DNA of 64,000 nt from the NCBI GenBank assembly GCA_951406725.2, contig OX597839.1, positions 35,588,001 to 35,652,000 on the forward strand, given 5' to 3'. Origin of the DNA: Octopus vulgaris (lineage: Eukaryota). Position numbers and translations under genes: made by a program. This document shows positions 49,820-64,000 of the stretch, one piece after another; positions within the stretch are counted from its first letter, which is position 1; each line of letters begins with the position of its first letter. The notes under the pieces are model-generated. The model had not been told where the DNA came from and ran no database searches. It saw only the letters and a program-made list of their open reading frames with translations.

Positions 49820-50487
49820 TTAAAGCCAAATTGCTAAGTTATGGGAACATAAATAAACCAACCCTGGTTGTCAAGTGATGCGGGGGGACAGATATGAGCA
49901 CACACACACACACACACATATATTACAGAAAATAAAGGGAATTTCGAACAAAGAGAAGCTGTGAAAACAGCTTTGAAGATAGGGGAGAAACCCCTAGAAG
50001 ATGGAAAAAAGTGACCAGCAAGCCACTGTAGGGCATTGGATCTTGTACCTCTCAAATTCTAGCTGAGGCTGTTTAATATTATGCTCAGTGGCCACTGACA
50101 ACAAACACCATCTTTTATTATGCTAAATAATAGCTTTTGGAACACGAGAACATTTTTTGTAAACAGACGTAAAAGCACTGAGCGAGTTGGTATTTTACAG
50201 GAAATAAAGGAAATCTTGAATGCAGAATAGCAGACTAAGGTAAACATCTTTAGGAGACTCAGGTAAATATCCTTAGAAGATGGAAAAAAGTAGCCGACAA
50301 AACATTATAGAGAATTGAACCATGAACCTCTCAAATTCCGGCTGAGCATTCTGACAGGCTTCTTTCAGTTTCTGCCTACCGAAATCCACTCACAAGGCTT
50401 TGGTTGGTCTGGGGTTATAGTCAAGTACACTTGTCCAAGATGCTGTGCAGTAGGCCTGAACCAGAAACCAAGTGGTTGGGCTGCAGT

Positions 50488-51075
50488 TTCTTATTTCTTT
50501 ATTGCCCACAAGGAACTAAACATAGAAGGGACAAACAAAGACAGACAGATGGATTAAGTTGATTACATCGAACCCAGTGTGTAACTGGTACTTATTTAAT
50601 CAACCCCAAAAGGATGAAAGGCAAAGTCGACCTCAGCGGAATTTGAACTCAGAACGTAACAGCAGACGAAATACCTATTTCTTTATTACCCACAAGGGGC
50701 TAAACACAGAGGGGACAAACAAGGACAGACAGACGGATTAAGTCGATTATATCGACCCCAGTGCGTAACTGGTACTTAATTTATCGACCCTGAAAGGATG
50801 AAAGGCAAAGTCGACCTCGACTGAATTTGAACTCAGAACGTAACAGCAGACGAAATACCTATTTCTTTATTACTCACAAGGGACTAAACAAGGACAGACA
50901 GACGGGATTAAGTCGATTATATCGACCCCAGTGCGTAACTGGTACTTAATTTATCGACCCCGAAAGGATGAAAGGCAAAGTCGACCTCGGCGGAATTTGA
51001 ACTCAGAACTTAACGGCAGACGAAATACCGCTAAGCATTTCGCCCATCGTGCTAACGTTTCTGCCAGCTTGCCCC
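50488..51075 (-). repeat. Tandem trimer of SINE family B
   Basis: Three ~185-bp units (TATTTCTTTATT..GAATTTGAACTCAGAAC..CAGACGAAATAC) with a single head, interrupting a family-A SINE. Confidence 0.85.
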
Positions 51076-51527
51076 CTTACCACACAGCCATGCTTTATGT
51101 GTACTTTGGGGTTTTTTTTTTTACCCTAACAATCAGGACAAGTCTGAGCATTTTTGCATTTGATCTTGTATGAAAGTAAACTTCATTAGTTAATGTTCTA
51201 AAAGTGTGTTTCAGGATGAGAGCAAAGATGCGAAATAAGGTGGGAGTAAACAACACAACTCTGTTTCACTCCACTAGGGCAGAGAAGACCCCTTGTTTCA
51301 TTCGTGGCCATGTGGAATAACTGACCAATCCTGAGTAAGCATGGAGGGAACCCAATCATAGTATTCCCTATTTACAAGGTAAAATACCTTCAAGATGTCA
51401 ACAAGAGCAGCAAAGATCATCACCCTTTAACGCTCATTTTTCCAAGCTTGCATGATTACTCCACATTACTCTGTAAGGAGCATAGAGCCAGTTTCCCTGA
51501 TTTCCCTGGTGTGTATATTCCATCCTA

Positions 51528-52118
51528 AAGGGCAGCGAGCTGGTAGAATCGTTAGCACTCCAGGCGAAATGCTCAGCAGTATTTCGTCTGCCGTTATGTT
51601 CTGAGTTCAAATTCCACTCAGGTCAACTTTGCCTTTCATCCTTTCGGAGTCAATTAAATAAGTACCAGTTACGCACTGGGGTCGATATAATCGACTTAAG
51701 CTATTTGTCTGTTCTTGTTCGTCCTCTCTGTGTTTAGCCCCTTGTGGGTAGTAAAGAAATAGGCATTTCGTCTGCCATTACGTTCTGAGTTCAAATTCCG
51801 CCGAGGTCAACTTTGCCTTTCATCCTTTTGGGGTCGATTAAATAAGTACCAGTTATGCACTGAGGTTTATATAATCGACTTAAGTCCGTTTGTCATCTGT
51901 GTGTGTAGCCCCTTGTGGGTAGTAAAGAAATAGGTATTTCATCTGCCGTTACGTTCTGAGTTCAAATTCCGCTGAGGTCGACTTTGCCTTTCATCCCTCC
52001 CGGGTTCGATTAAATAAGTACAAGTAATGCACTGGGGTCGATGTAATCGACTTAACCCTTTTATCTGTCCTTGCTTGTCCCTTTTATATTTAGCCCCCTC
52101 GGGTCAATAAAGAAATAA
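51528..52118 (+). repeat. Tandem trimer of SINE family B, opposite orientation
   Basis: Head GGGCAGCGAGCTGGTAGAATCGTTAGC followed by three units ending AAAGAAATA. Confidence 0.85.
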
Positions 52119-52684
52119 ATATATATTCCATCCTGGACGAGATACCAGTCTATCACAGGTTTACTCACTTTCACCAGCTGAGTGAATGGAACAACTTGAA
52201 ATGAAGTGTTTTGCTCAAGAACACAACGCATTACCTGGTCCAGGGATCAAAACTACAATCTTACAATCATGAGTTCAACACCCTCACCACTAAACTGTGC
52301 ATGGAGCAGACAGAATTTGTTAAAGAATATTTGCTACAGACACACGCTCTTCCTGTCACCAACCTTTCACCTGTTTCCAAGCAAGGTAATATTTGCCCAT
52401 AACCAGACATGTTTTTGTGGAAGACTGGAGATTAGCCTTACTTATATAATGATAATGCTTATTTGCAACAATCATGTGATGTCTAGACAAGGGTATATAT
52501 ATATATACACACACACACACACCATGATGGGCTTCTATTTTCTGTCTACCAAATCCACTCACAAGGGTTTGGTTGGCTTGGAGCTGTGGTAGAAGACACT
52601 TGCCAAAGGTGCCACACAGTGAGATTGAACCCAAAACCACATGCTTGAGAAGCAGACTTCTTAATCACACAGCTACACCTATAA

Positions 52685-53105
52685 TATAGGGAGAGTTTAC
52701 GAAAGAAACAAAAGACAGGTGGTGTACAAAACAAACAGATGTATTAGTATAACGCTCAGGAATAGAAAAAGTCTTTTACGTTTCAAGCCTATGCTCTTCT
52801 ACAGAAAGGGACACAGAAAAAACAAGGAGAGAAAAAAATGTGTGTAGTGGCTATATACAGGCATGTATCTTTAGTGGTGTATGGGTGTATCTTTAGTTTT
52901 AATGATATGTGTGTGTGTATATATATATATATATAGGGAGAGTTTATGAAAAAAACAAAAGGCAAAGACAGGTGGTGTACAAAACAAACAGATGTATTAG
53001 TATAACGCTCAGGAATAGAAAAAGTCTTTTACGTTTCGAGCCTACGCTCTTCTACAGAAAGGGACAAAGAAAAAACAAGGAGAGAAAGAAAATGTGTGTA
53101 GTGGT
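52685..53105 (-). repeat. Two direct ~170-bp repeats with a hammerhead-like motif (possibly Penelope-like element termini)
   Basis: Copies 253 bp apart; motif CTTT-CTGTAGAA-GAGC-gtag-GCTC-GAAA-CG-TA-AAAG. Confidence 0.6.
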
Positions 53106-53349
53106 TAACGATCTATCATAATAGATGGTTGTTTTTAATGTCATCATATTCTTTTTAACTGTGGAAAGGAGAAGATTATGTCCATTGTGTAGGGAGAAAG
53201 GTCTAGGGACCAGCCATACAAATTGAATGCAGTATGGTTGATAAATCAATCACAGATATGAAAACAAAGATATGCACCTGATTCATCAGAAGTCACCATT
53301 GAGAGGCTTAAAATCCTCCGGCAGAATTGGATACAAGTTAGTCACCAGT

Positions 53350-54316
53350 ATGATCAATCAAATAGTTTTAGGAAGTTACCATGCTTAACGACTGGTGTAG
53401 CAGCATCATCATCATCAACTACTACAAAGGTAAATGTGATACTTTAGAGAAAGGTAATTACAGGTGTATTATCAACTGTTAGAACAGGTTATAAAAGATT
53501 ACCAAAAGAGTTATCAGATTAACGAATTAGGATGAGGATTCCACTTTGGTGAAATGCAGTTTGGTTTTGTGCTTGGGAAAAGTACTAAACAAGGAGAAAA
53601 CCTCTATCTCTGACAGTTAATGAACTAGAGAGGGCCTTTGATTGGGTTCTCCGCTCTGTGATCTTGTGGATGCTGAGAAGGCTAAGAATGGATGAATAGT
53701 GTGCGAGAAACATGTCAGTCATGTATAGATGTGCAATCAGCAAGGAGAAAATTAGCAATGGGTTCAGCAACAAATTTAGGGTACAGGTTGGGGTACAACA
53801 GGACTCTGTACACAGGCCATTCCTGTTCATTAAAATCTTCCAAGCTATATGAAAGCAGTTTAAGACTGGCAACAAGTGACAGCTCCTCTATGTGGGTGAT
53901 ATAGTTCTTATATCGAAATCTGTCCCCCAACAAATTCCAAACAACCCATGTCAGCATGGAAAAGTGCAGGTTAAAATGTTGATGTGTGTGTATGTGTGTA
54001 TATATAAATATATGGTGACCCTACCAGTGCTGGTTCTGCGTAAAAGGCATCCAGTCCACACTGTAAAGTGGTTGGCATTTGGAAGGGCATCCGGCTGTAA
54101 AAATCATGCCAAAACTAGCCTAGCCTCTACTCGTACCATGTAAAAAGCACCGAGTCCACTCTGCAGAGTGGTAGGTGTTGGGAAGGGCATCCAACTGTAA
54201 AAAGCTTGCCAAAGGAGACACAGTAGCCTAGGGTAGTTTTTCTACCTGGCCAGCTCTTGTCAACCGTCCTATGCATGCATGCATGGAACACGGATGTTAA
54301 ACGATGATGATGATGA

Positions 54317-54320
<4 letters not shown>
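53350..54320 (+). mobile_element. Highly decayed RTE LINE (RT remnants and 3' tail)
   Basis: Remnant peptides EMQFGFVLGKST, RAFDWVLRSVILWMLRRL and VQVGVQQ; (GAT)n tail at 54303-54320. Confidence 0.6.
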
Positions 54321-54351
<31 letters not shown>

Positions 54352-54353
<2 letters not shown>

Positions 54354-54777
54354 CGCAGGAGTGGCTGTGTGGTAAGTAGCTTGTTTACCAACCACATGGT
54401 TCCGGGTTCAGTCCCACTGCGTGGCACCTTACGCAAGTGTCTTCTACTATAGCCTCAGGCTGACCAAAGCCTTGTGAGTGGATTTGGTAGACAGAAAGTG
54501 AAAGAAGCCCGTCGTATATATGTGTATGTATGTATGTGTGTATATATATATATATATATATGCGTGTGTGTGTTTGTGTTTGTCCCCCTAGCATTGCTTG
54601 ACAACCGATGCTGGTGTGTTTATGTCCCTGTTACTTAGCGGTTCGGCAAAAGAGACCGATCGAATAAGTACTGGGCTTACAAAAGAATAAGTCCCAGGGT
54701 CGAGTTGCTCGATTAAAGGCGGTGCTTCAGCATGGCCGCAGTCAAATGACTGAAACAAGTAAAAGAGTAAAGAGTAT
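54352..54777 (+). mobile_element. SINE family A
   Basis: Full-length copy. Confidence 0.85.
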
Positions 54778-55191
54778 ATAGAAAGGGAGATACACACACA
54801 TATACACTATCCAACCCATACCAACAGACATTAAACAATGATGATAATGGTAATATCATAAAAACAAATACATGATGTTGGGTGCTCCACCAGCCAAGGA
54901 GGGGTCACTGTTCATTTGCACATACATGTGTTTGGGTGTCTGTGTCTTGATATGGCACACCATTTGTAAACATACAAGCAATGTCCCATTAAAAAGGGGC
55001 CTAGCCGTTTGATGGTCATGTTCAAAGGATGACGGTTGGCGACAGGAAGGGCATCCAGCTGTATAAAACTTGCCCCATCACTCCGAAATTTGATGATATA
55101 ATGTGTGTATATTCATATATACACATATATAAATATAAATATACAAAAATAAATGTATGTATTTGTATACATGTAACACACATACATTTAT

Positions 55192-55226
<35 letters not shown>

Positions 55227-55505
55227 CATAATATATATATACACACACACATACATACAGATATAGATATATACATACACACATACATAGATATATACAT
55301 AATATATATACACACACAGATATATATATACATACATATACACACTCACCCATACATATACACACACATAATATATACATACATATTTATATATATATTT
55401 GAATGTATGTTTACTATTTACCCAGTTATATTTCAATGTAATTAACAGGTGCGTTATGACAAAACACCAAAAGTTTGTTTTCTTAATGTATCTACAAACA
55501 CACAC

Positions 55506-55563
<58 letters not shown>

Positions 55564-56412
55564 TGTGTATGTGTGTTGCATTTCCAAAGAGACACAAGTT
55601 TACGCAGAGAACATTTTAACAGTTGGTAATCGTGAACATCCAAGAATTACCTTTAAATACAATTTCATGAAATCGAAATTTGGGAAGGAAGAAAAAAAGG
55701 CGATTAAAAAGATATTAGACCTTCCGAAGAAGAATCCAACAAAAGTGAAAAAAAAAAAGAACAAAACAAAACCAAAAAAAAAACTATTACCTCGAATAAA
55801 TTGAACCTTGATAAAAACATGGAGAGAATGAGATTTAAAAAAATCATATAGCAGGAAAGAGAGTAAGAGATTTCTTTGGCGAACCACAAAGATTGCTGCT
55901 TCATTTTCTTTATCGTCAATGAAATGGGTTAGTTTAATAATCAACCAACCTAGTTTTTCTGTTTCTTTTGAAGAACATTGATGGGAGAAAGGAGAGATAT
56001 AGCCATAGAATTATTTCACTATGTCGCTAAATGCCCTTGGATAAAGCATGAACGTTACAACCTCCTGGTTTCTCTCTCTCTCTCTCTCTGTTATTAAAGC
56101 TTGAGTCTTGAAAACCTATGTTAAACTCTAAAAACACACACACACACACACACACTTATACGCATACATATACAAATGGAAAGAGGGAGAGAGAGATATA
56201 TAGATAGAGAAGAACAAATGGATAAGTGGTTTGGAAGGTTTGTTTTAACAGATTTGTAACTGAAAAACAGAAAATAACAATTCATTAAATGAATTCGAAG
56301 GGTTTAGTAGTTCCCCTGTTTGATCCGATGTTCTTTATGGCTAATTAAATTCCTGTTATTTTTGTTTCGTTCTTTTCCTTGGTCGAAATTTTCTCTACGT
56401 ATTTAGGATACG

Positions 56413-56529
56413 GATATATATATATATATACATATATAAACATATATATATATATATATATAAACATATATATATATATATATACATATATAAATATATA
56501 TATATAACATATATATATATACATATATA

Positions 56530-56600
<71 letters not shown>

Positions 56601-56601
56601 A

Positions 56602-56641
<40 letters not shown>

Positions 56642-56649
56642 CATATATA

Positions 56650-56703
<54 letters not shown>

Positions 56704-56727
56704 TATACATATATATATATATATATA
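56413..56727. repeat. (TA)n microsatellite with periodic ACAT/AAAC interruptions
   Basis: Seen directly in the sequence. Confidence 0.95.
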
Positions 56728-57766
56728 ATTAAACAATGTCAGGCACACAAATGTTGCAACTAGCAAGAGAAAAAATTAGAACAAAAAATAACACTACAAA
56801 CAACAAATGATTAAGTTGCGAAAATTCATATATATATATATATATACATACATATATATATGAGCAGAGAAGCTCAAAGAATTGGAGAAGAGGAGAAAGA
56901 GAAAGAGTGAGAAACGGACCCTGTTTGGCATAGTTGTCCACCAAACAAGGATAATAATAATAATAATAATGATAACAGCAACAAGGGTTAGTATTGTTAT
57001 TATAACTAGTAGTGTTATTAACAATATGAAACTGACAACCAAAACAAATGATTAGGACAGGAGATATTAAATGAAATGAGAAAGAAGACCCTCAAAATTC
57101 CTTCTCTTAAGAATCATTGATCTTATTAGCATCATCGTCTTCATTAATTATGGTTATTAAAAGAAATCGCTGTTATTATTCTAATCGTTATTATGATTGG
57201 TATCTAAATGGTGTGAATGGTTTATCTGAAAATTGTCGGCGAAGTATAGTTTTATAGATATTAGCTTGTACGTGATTGTTGTATTTTTTCGGATGAGTGG
57301 AGGGTTTTCTTTCGCTCTTTCTCTCTCTCTATCTCAGAGTGAAAAAAATAATTTAGAATAAAAGCAAGGAAAGCTGGGGGGGAGAAAATAACAAGACACA
57401 ACCCCCCCAACTTGGAGTTGAAGTTTAAAGTAAGGAAAGAACGAACTCAGAAGAAACTATTATTATATTTTCGGATAGGAATAATATGAGGATAGAGAGA
57501 GAGGGGAAAAGATGGGGAGAAAAGTTGGAAGTTGGTAAAAGAAGTCTTTTAGAACCTCAAAAACAGGACTTATCGGGAGAGGAATAATAATGATAATAAC
57601 AAAAGAAATCGCAAAAGCAAATTTCTTTCCTATCCTTGCTAAATTTTTCTCCTAATGGATTATTTAAACGATGAAGTTACTTCATAGAGCGAAGAGGCCT
57701 CTCAAACAAACCAATGTTAATATAAGATAGAGAGATGTATATATATATATATATACTTTTACTTAC

Positions 57767-58130
57767 TTTGCAGTGTGTATATGTATGTCTTTAGAATTGA
57801 TTCAGGCAGTAAAATAAACTAATAAATAAACTAGAATGCTCTCAGCTGAGAGAAGTGGCAGTAGATAGCGACAGACAGCACTGGTAGTTTAATAAACAGT
57901 AGTACAAGTATTGGTGTTAGGTGTTATAATAGCGTCAGTGCGCGTGGAAGGGGTGGTGGAGGAGGCGGTGATAGTTACAGAGGAGGTGATGGTGGGTACA
58001 GCGATACCGATGATGGTGGTGGTGGTGGAGGTGTTGGGAGTTATAAAAAGGTGGAGGCGGCGGCGGCGGCGGCGTAGAGGGTGATGGTGGTGGTGGTGGT
58101 GGGGGAATCGGGCCGTGTTCAGGAGTTTTT
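57767..58130 (-). promoter_or_regulatory. Candidate GC-rich 5' UTR exon / promoter of the zinc-finger gene
   Basis: Donor AAA|gtaagt at 57766. The (CCG)n/(CAC)n GC-rich patch at 57940-58120 stands out from AT-rich flanks. The ATG exon has an acceptor, so an upstream exon is required. Confidence 0.4.
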
Positions 58131-58613
58131 TTTCTTCCTTTTTCTGTTTTCTGTGATTTTGACCGAAGGTTTTTCCTCTTTAAAAATTAAATAGAATAAT
58201 AGGGTGAAATAAAATATATAATAAAAGCTAACAGCGATTCAACAAGGAAGAAGGATAGAAAAAAAATCACAAACCTTCACTTGTACTATTGTAAAATTTT
58301 GGAAAAGAAATGGACAGAGTGAGAGAGAGAGAATCGAATAGGCCTTTTTTTTTGCCATTTATTGGTATTATTATGTATTATGTATGTGTAGTTATTTCTG
58401 GGTTTTTTTTTTTCTTGGGAAATGTTTCTTGGAATAGGATAACTTTCAATATAATCGGCAGAAAAATATCTGTAGTAATATACATGTATGTATATTCAAA
58501 TTTTGGGCTGATCGGAAAATATATATACATCCATACATATATATATATACGCAAAGAAAAGCTTACAGGAACAAGCATTCCGAAAGGGAACATATATATG
58601 TTAAACACACATT

Positions 58614-58671
<58 letters not shown>

Positions 58672-59005
58672 ATAGATAGAGATAGATAGAAAAATAGATA
58701 GATAGATAGACACATTTTATGCTTGCATGATACTTTATATTTTTTTAAAACATTATTTGTGTTTATTAGGCGAGAATGGTAAAGTTATTTGACCATTGCT
58801 GAAACCGGACGATTACTGATCTTCGGAGTGATTTATATAAGGTGAAATGTCTATATTTACACGTCAATTGATCGATCTATAAACGTATGTTGACGTACAC
58901 ATACCTACATATATATGTGTGTGTATATATATATATATATATACACACACATATATATAAACCAGTTGATAGTAATTATTGTGACCTCTAAAGTACGTAT
59001 ATATA

Positions 59006-59072
<67 letters not shown>

Positions 59073-59898
59073 CATCTCCAACGTTTGGAAAATTCTTTTA
59101 CAAAACAAAATAAAATGCAATATATTAAATACTTTAGTTTTATTTTATAAGAAGGAAAAAAAGACCCAAATACGGGTGAGGGATAAAAACGTAGAATGGA
59201 GAGAACGCGAAAGATTGAGAATACAGGAAAGAATAGAAGAGAAAATGGTTTGGAAGACGAAGGAGGAAAAGAGAGAAAAAATATATAAAATAAGATAAAA
59301 TAGAACTAAAATTAGTAAAAAGCTATAAAACAAGAAAGTAAAGTGAAACACAAGAAATAGAAGGTCTTGTTAAGGTTGAAGGAAGGTTTTGGAGAAGCAA
59401 GAACAGGAAATGAGTTGGTAATAAAGGTGAGAAATATATTAGGTGTTAAGAGAAAAGGGAGGCTTTAACGAGGTGAGGGGGACATGGATGCGTTATTCAC
59501 CTACAACCGGCAAGAGTTATCTCCCTTCGTGTCCACCCTAAATCTGGATTGATATTTCAGTGGCCAAGAATTTTTTCGGGTATCTTCGCTCAATTACCGG
59601 GTCCTAGATAATTTAACTCGGTCTTTCGAATGTACTTTAACCCCTACCATCACCACACTTGCATTATATGTTGCCTTATGGTAATAAATATATACGATGC
59701 CAAAACTCAATGGCAGCTTTCTGCCAAGTTGAGTTAAATGGCCATACCCCAGCAAGAAGTTGTTTGCTGATATAAAAATTATACACGCTCTTATTGCACA
59801 TGTAGAATGTGCACTTTTGTTTCTGGCTTCATATCTATCTATCTATCTATCTAATAAAATATGACTATGCGTAGATCTTCAAGAAACCCATTTATACG

Positions 59899-60045
59899 TA
59901 TCTATCTATCTTTATATCTATCTATCTATCTATCTATCTCTCTATCTACCTACCTACCTACCTATCTAACGATCTATCTATCTTTCTATCTATCTATCTA
60001 TATATCTACCTACCTATCTATATATCTATCTATCTATCTATATAC

Positions 60046-60112
<67 letters not shown>

Positions 60113-60126
60113 ACGATCTATCTATC
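59899..60126. repeat. (TATC)n microsatellite
   Basis: Seen directly in the sequence. Confidence 0.95.
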
Positions 60127-60584
60127 CTTTAAATAGAGCAAACAGGATAAACAGAACTCACTACATAATATATATATATATATTATAATTATTTTTAATG
60201 TTATATATTTTTTATCACATTGGATGAACTGTTCGACAATCTGGAAATAAAGAATTTTATTTACACACGTTTATATCTATCTCAACCTAGTTACAAGATC
60301 ATCATCATAATCGTTGTATATGTGTGTAACGATGATGATGATACGACTACTTTGAAATACGAGTTGAATAAATTTCTCCATAACTATTGTTTATGAAAAT
60401 AAAAATCATTTCTCGTTACACACGCACAAATAATTATATATATATAAACTTTTATGTATGTATGTATGTGTGTCTATAAGCGCAGTCAAAAGACCAATTT
60501 CAATTTAGGACCGTAAAAGCGAAGATACCCAAATTTTCATTAACATTAACACTTCACACATCTGTTGGTCATTGAGAAAGATAG

Positions 60585-60658
<74 letters not shown>

Positions 60659-61120
60659 TTGTATCGTATATATATGTATGTATATATATATATATAACGA
60701 GAGAGAGAGAGAGAGAGGTTTCCATATGATTTTAAATTTTCCATTTCCTTTATAAATTGAGAAAATGGCCACCACAAACCAAACCAGATCCCTTCTGCTA
60801 AACATAAGTCACATCGAACCTTTTAATACTTTCAAGTAAATAAAAAAATTAAAAAAAGAATCAATATGCCTAACCCATTAACTAGAAATAATAGCCAAAT
60901 CTATTCTTAATGTGGAAGACATTCGACAGCGTAGCCCAAGATATACAAGGCCAAATAATATGAGATAGGTGTGTGAACGACTTGAATGGTTTTTGTTGTA
61001 AATCTGAATTGACTGTCGTTGAATAAAAATTCAGACAGGAGGGACACGGTTGGAAACCTTTGATCGTAGATAGGTATGCTCGATCAAGTGTCGAGCTCAA
61101 GCTAAACGTTTTAGAATACA

Positions 61121-61192
<72 letters not shown>

Positions 61193-62842
61193 CACTCACA
61201 AATACTTATGTCCGTTTCTTTTTCTTTACAAACATACATACACAACAAAAAATGGAAACGACGATTTATTTAACACTAATTTTTCTTAGTTTTAATGAAA
61301 CACACCAACACACCTATGATTAACTCAGACATTTTAGCCATCTACACCCAATCCGGGTTCTTTTTCTTTATATTTTTATTTTCCATTTAATTTTCGTTCG
61401 AAATTCCTACGTAAGACCGCATAATACAAATAATCCAACGACCCCCAACCATTTCTAAGAGAATGGTGTTTTGATCCGAGATTTGAGGGGCAGTTGGCTG
61501 GTATTTCTCGCATTTCAACACAACACGTACATGAAGCATTGTGTACGTGCGCGCGCGTGTGTGTGTGTGTGTGTAGGCAGCTTCCAGTCATTAATGAAGT
61601 GCGTAAAAGTATGTTCATATGCCAACATACGAACTTTTTGATATCTTTTTATAATAAAAATAATGAAATTAACACCTCCATAAGTTTACTTCGAGTGTTA
61701 TTTTTCATTCATTTCTCGTCTTATATATATATACATACATACATATATACATATACATATATATATATGTATGTATATACATATATATATATACATATAC
61801 ACTAGCGTGTATATGTATGTGTGTGTATATGATATATATATATACATATATATGTATGTATGTATGTATATATATATCATATACACACACATACATATAT
61901 ATATATATACACGCGTGTGTGTGTATACACAGAAGGCATCTGTTTTGCACCATTCTACAAATGCCCGATGCTATAGGACAAAAATATATATTTGCCAATC
62001 GACCTCCTCCTATATTATTCTTTATTATAATCATTATTAAGTATTAGTATTTATTTAAACCATTCTGGATGAGAAGAAGTTTATTTCCAGCAAGGAAGTG
62101 ATTAGAAACAGAAAAAAATAACTCCCAGATATTTAAACCCCCGCAACAGATCTCGTATGGTTCTCTCTCATTCCATGGCATCCGTAATAACTTTTACTTT
62201 CTTCATTAAATGCTTTCTTATTTTGGGGCAAGGTCAAGAATACGTTTGTGGCGACCATTAATCCAATCTATCATATTAATGATAGATAACTAATTTATTA
62301 ATCCCTTTCTCCACATTTTATATGGAAAAACAAAAACTAAAGAGAACTAAAATATATTAATAAAAAAAAGCTAAAAAGAACAAAGGGACATAATTAAATA
62401 ACTTAAGACATTTAGTTCGGCATTTATCATTACATTTACTCCGGCACGTTTCAAACTTTCACAAAGGTAATAACGTTTTCTCTAAGTTATAAGAGATATA
62501 TTTCATTATTGGTGTCTGTTAATGCAGTATTGTTAATGGTGCTTATTTAATTAATTAATTTCTCAAAGAAAGACGAAGGTGATGCGAAATTTTCAAGAGA
62601 ATAGGTAAAGGGAGTTAACTAAATACCGAGGGCGATATAGTCCGGCACTTTAGCAAATAGGGCTTGTTGCTATCTTCGTTTGTTGCCCTGAATGAAGTAA
62701 ATGAATTTACTGTGATCACAATAATACGCGTCTAATTCTGACATTTGCCTTCTCATATTTCATCACACAAACAGATATAGAGAGACATAGGTAGATTAAC
62801 ACAGACAGATAGAACAATGCATACATAGATAAAGTGACACAA

Positions 62843-63270
62843 AGATAGATAAGATAGATAGATAGATTGATTGATAAGGTAGGTAGATAGGTAGGTAGGT
62901 AGATAGATAGATAAATAGATAGATAGATAGATAGATAGGTAGGTAGGTAGATAGATAGATAGATAGGTAGGTAGGTAGATAGATAGACAGATAGATAAAT
63001 AGATAGATAGGTAGGTAGATAGATAGATAAATAGATAGATAGGTAGGTAGATAGATAGATAGATAGATAGGTAGGTAGATAGATAGGTAGGTACACAGGT
63101 AGATAGATAGACAGATAGATAGATAGACAGATAGATAGACAGATAGATAGGTAGATAGATAAATATATAGGTAGATAGATAGACAGACAGATAAATAGAT
63201 AGGTAGATAGATAGATAGACAGATAGATAGGTAGATAGATAAATAGATAGGTAGGTAGATAGATAGATAG
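62843..63270. repeat. (GATA/GGTA/GACA)n microsatellite
   Basis: Seen directly in the sequence. Confidence 0.95.
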
Positions 63271-63277
63271 AAGATAC

Positions 63278-63640
63278 GTTTATTAGCCACACAGGGCTGA
63301 GCACAGATGGGGCAAATTACAAAGTAGAGCCTTTCTTTTTGGGGAGAAAAAAAAGGTGGGGTAGGTTTTCGCTCAAAAGGGGTGGTAATGAGGAAAGAAA
63401 AAAAACATCAATAGGGATCGTGTATCACAGAAATGTCATGATGTAAAGTGTAAAGGGGGAAACAGATAATGTTTATCCGTGGAAAGAAAAGCCTACAGAA
63501 AAGACCACAGTAACCTCGGTCAACGATGTCACATGTTAACACATTTATTTGCAAGTGAGTAACTCCCTGTTTTAAATTTTTCCGGGTTCATAGGATCATG
63601 CTCATGGTGGCTTCATCATTCATACGTGCCATCCTTGTTA
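63278..63640 (-). mobile_element. Probable LINE 3' fragment (clade uncertain)
   Basis: Frame ending RMARMNDEATMSMIL*, then a pyrimidine-rich 3' UTR and AATAAA abutting a (GATA)n tract. Confidence 0.35.
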
Positions 63641-63765
63641 GATAGATAGATGTATACATAGCTTCACTCTTAGATAAATAAACATGTAGAGACAGACAGA
63701 TAAATAGATAAATAACACAATGAAGAAGTATAAAACAATTTATCACACCATTTATGACTAGTTAC

Positions 63766-64000
63766 AGGCGCAGGAGTGGCTGTGTGGTAAATTAGCTTGT
63801 TTTACCAACCACATGGTTCCGGGTTCAGTCCCACTGCGTGGCATCTTGGGCAAGTGTCTTCTGCTATAGCCCCGGGCCGACCAATGCCTTGTGAGTGGAT
63901 TTGGTAGACGGAAACTGAAAGAAGCCTGTCGTATATATGTATATATATGTATGTGTGTGTATATGTTTGTGTGTCTGTGTTTGTCCCCCATAGCATTGCT
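63766..64000 (+). mobile_element. SINE family A (runs off the window)
   Basis: Head consensus match. Confidence 0.85.

Noticed and set aside
55022-63304. Many YI/IY/YLSI-rich ORFs
   Set aside because: Translations of (TA)n, (CA)n and (GATA)n microsatellites.

Overview
AT-rich, microsatellite- and SINE-dense animal DNA. The repeat families look like those of an octopod cephalopod (inference from repeat content, not verified). The main gene is on the minus strand and encodes a large multi-zinc-finger protein. It has three coding exons with matching phase-1 junctions (47800-47905, 43352-44200, 30319-41055). The last exon is 10.7 kb and is split by one extra A in an A7 run at 37184-37190; removing that base gives one ORF of 3896 aa. 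The protein has 7 C2H2 and 3 C2HC fingers, some resembling PRDM2/RIZ fingers, no PR/SET domain, and a ~2290-aa acidic tail built partly from 15-aa repeats. At the left edge, 208-289 is the ATG exon of a second minus-strand gene (MPKGRSRGRAGRG..., possibly Piwi-like), with a candidate promoter and non-coding exon near 11.75-11.92 kb. Its putative first intron holds a Helitron derivative containing a decayed, near full-length RTE LINE. The rest is three tRNA-derived SINE families (some tandemly amplified or inverted), RTE/CR1 fragments, mariner/pogo/piggyBac-like MITEs, palindromes, and short repeats with hammerhead-ribozyme-like folds. No clearly new system is proven. The best leads are the frameshifted giant exon, the non-canonical hammerhead-like tandem repeat and the Pol III head arrays.
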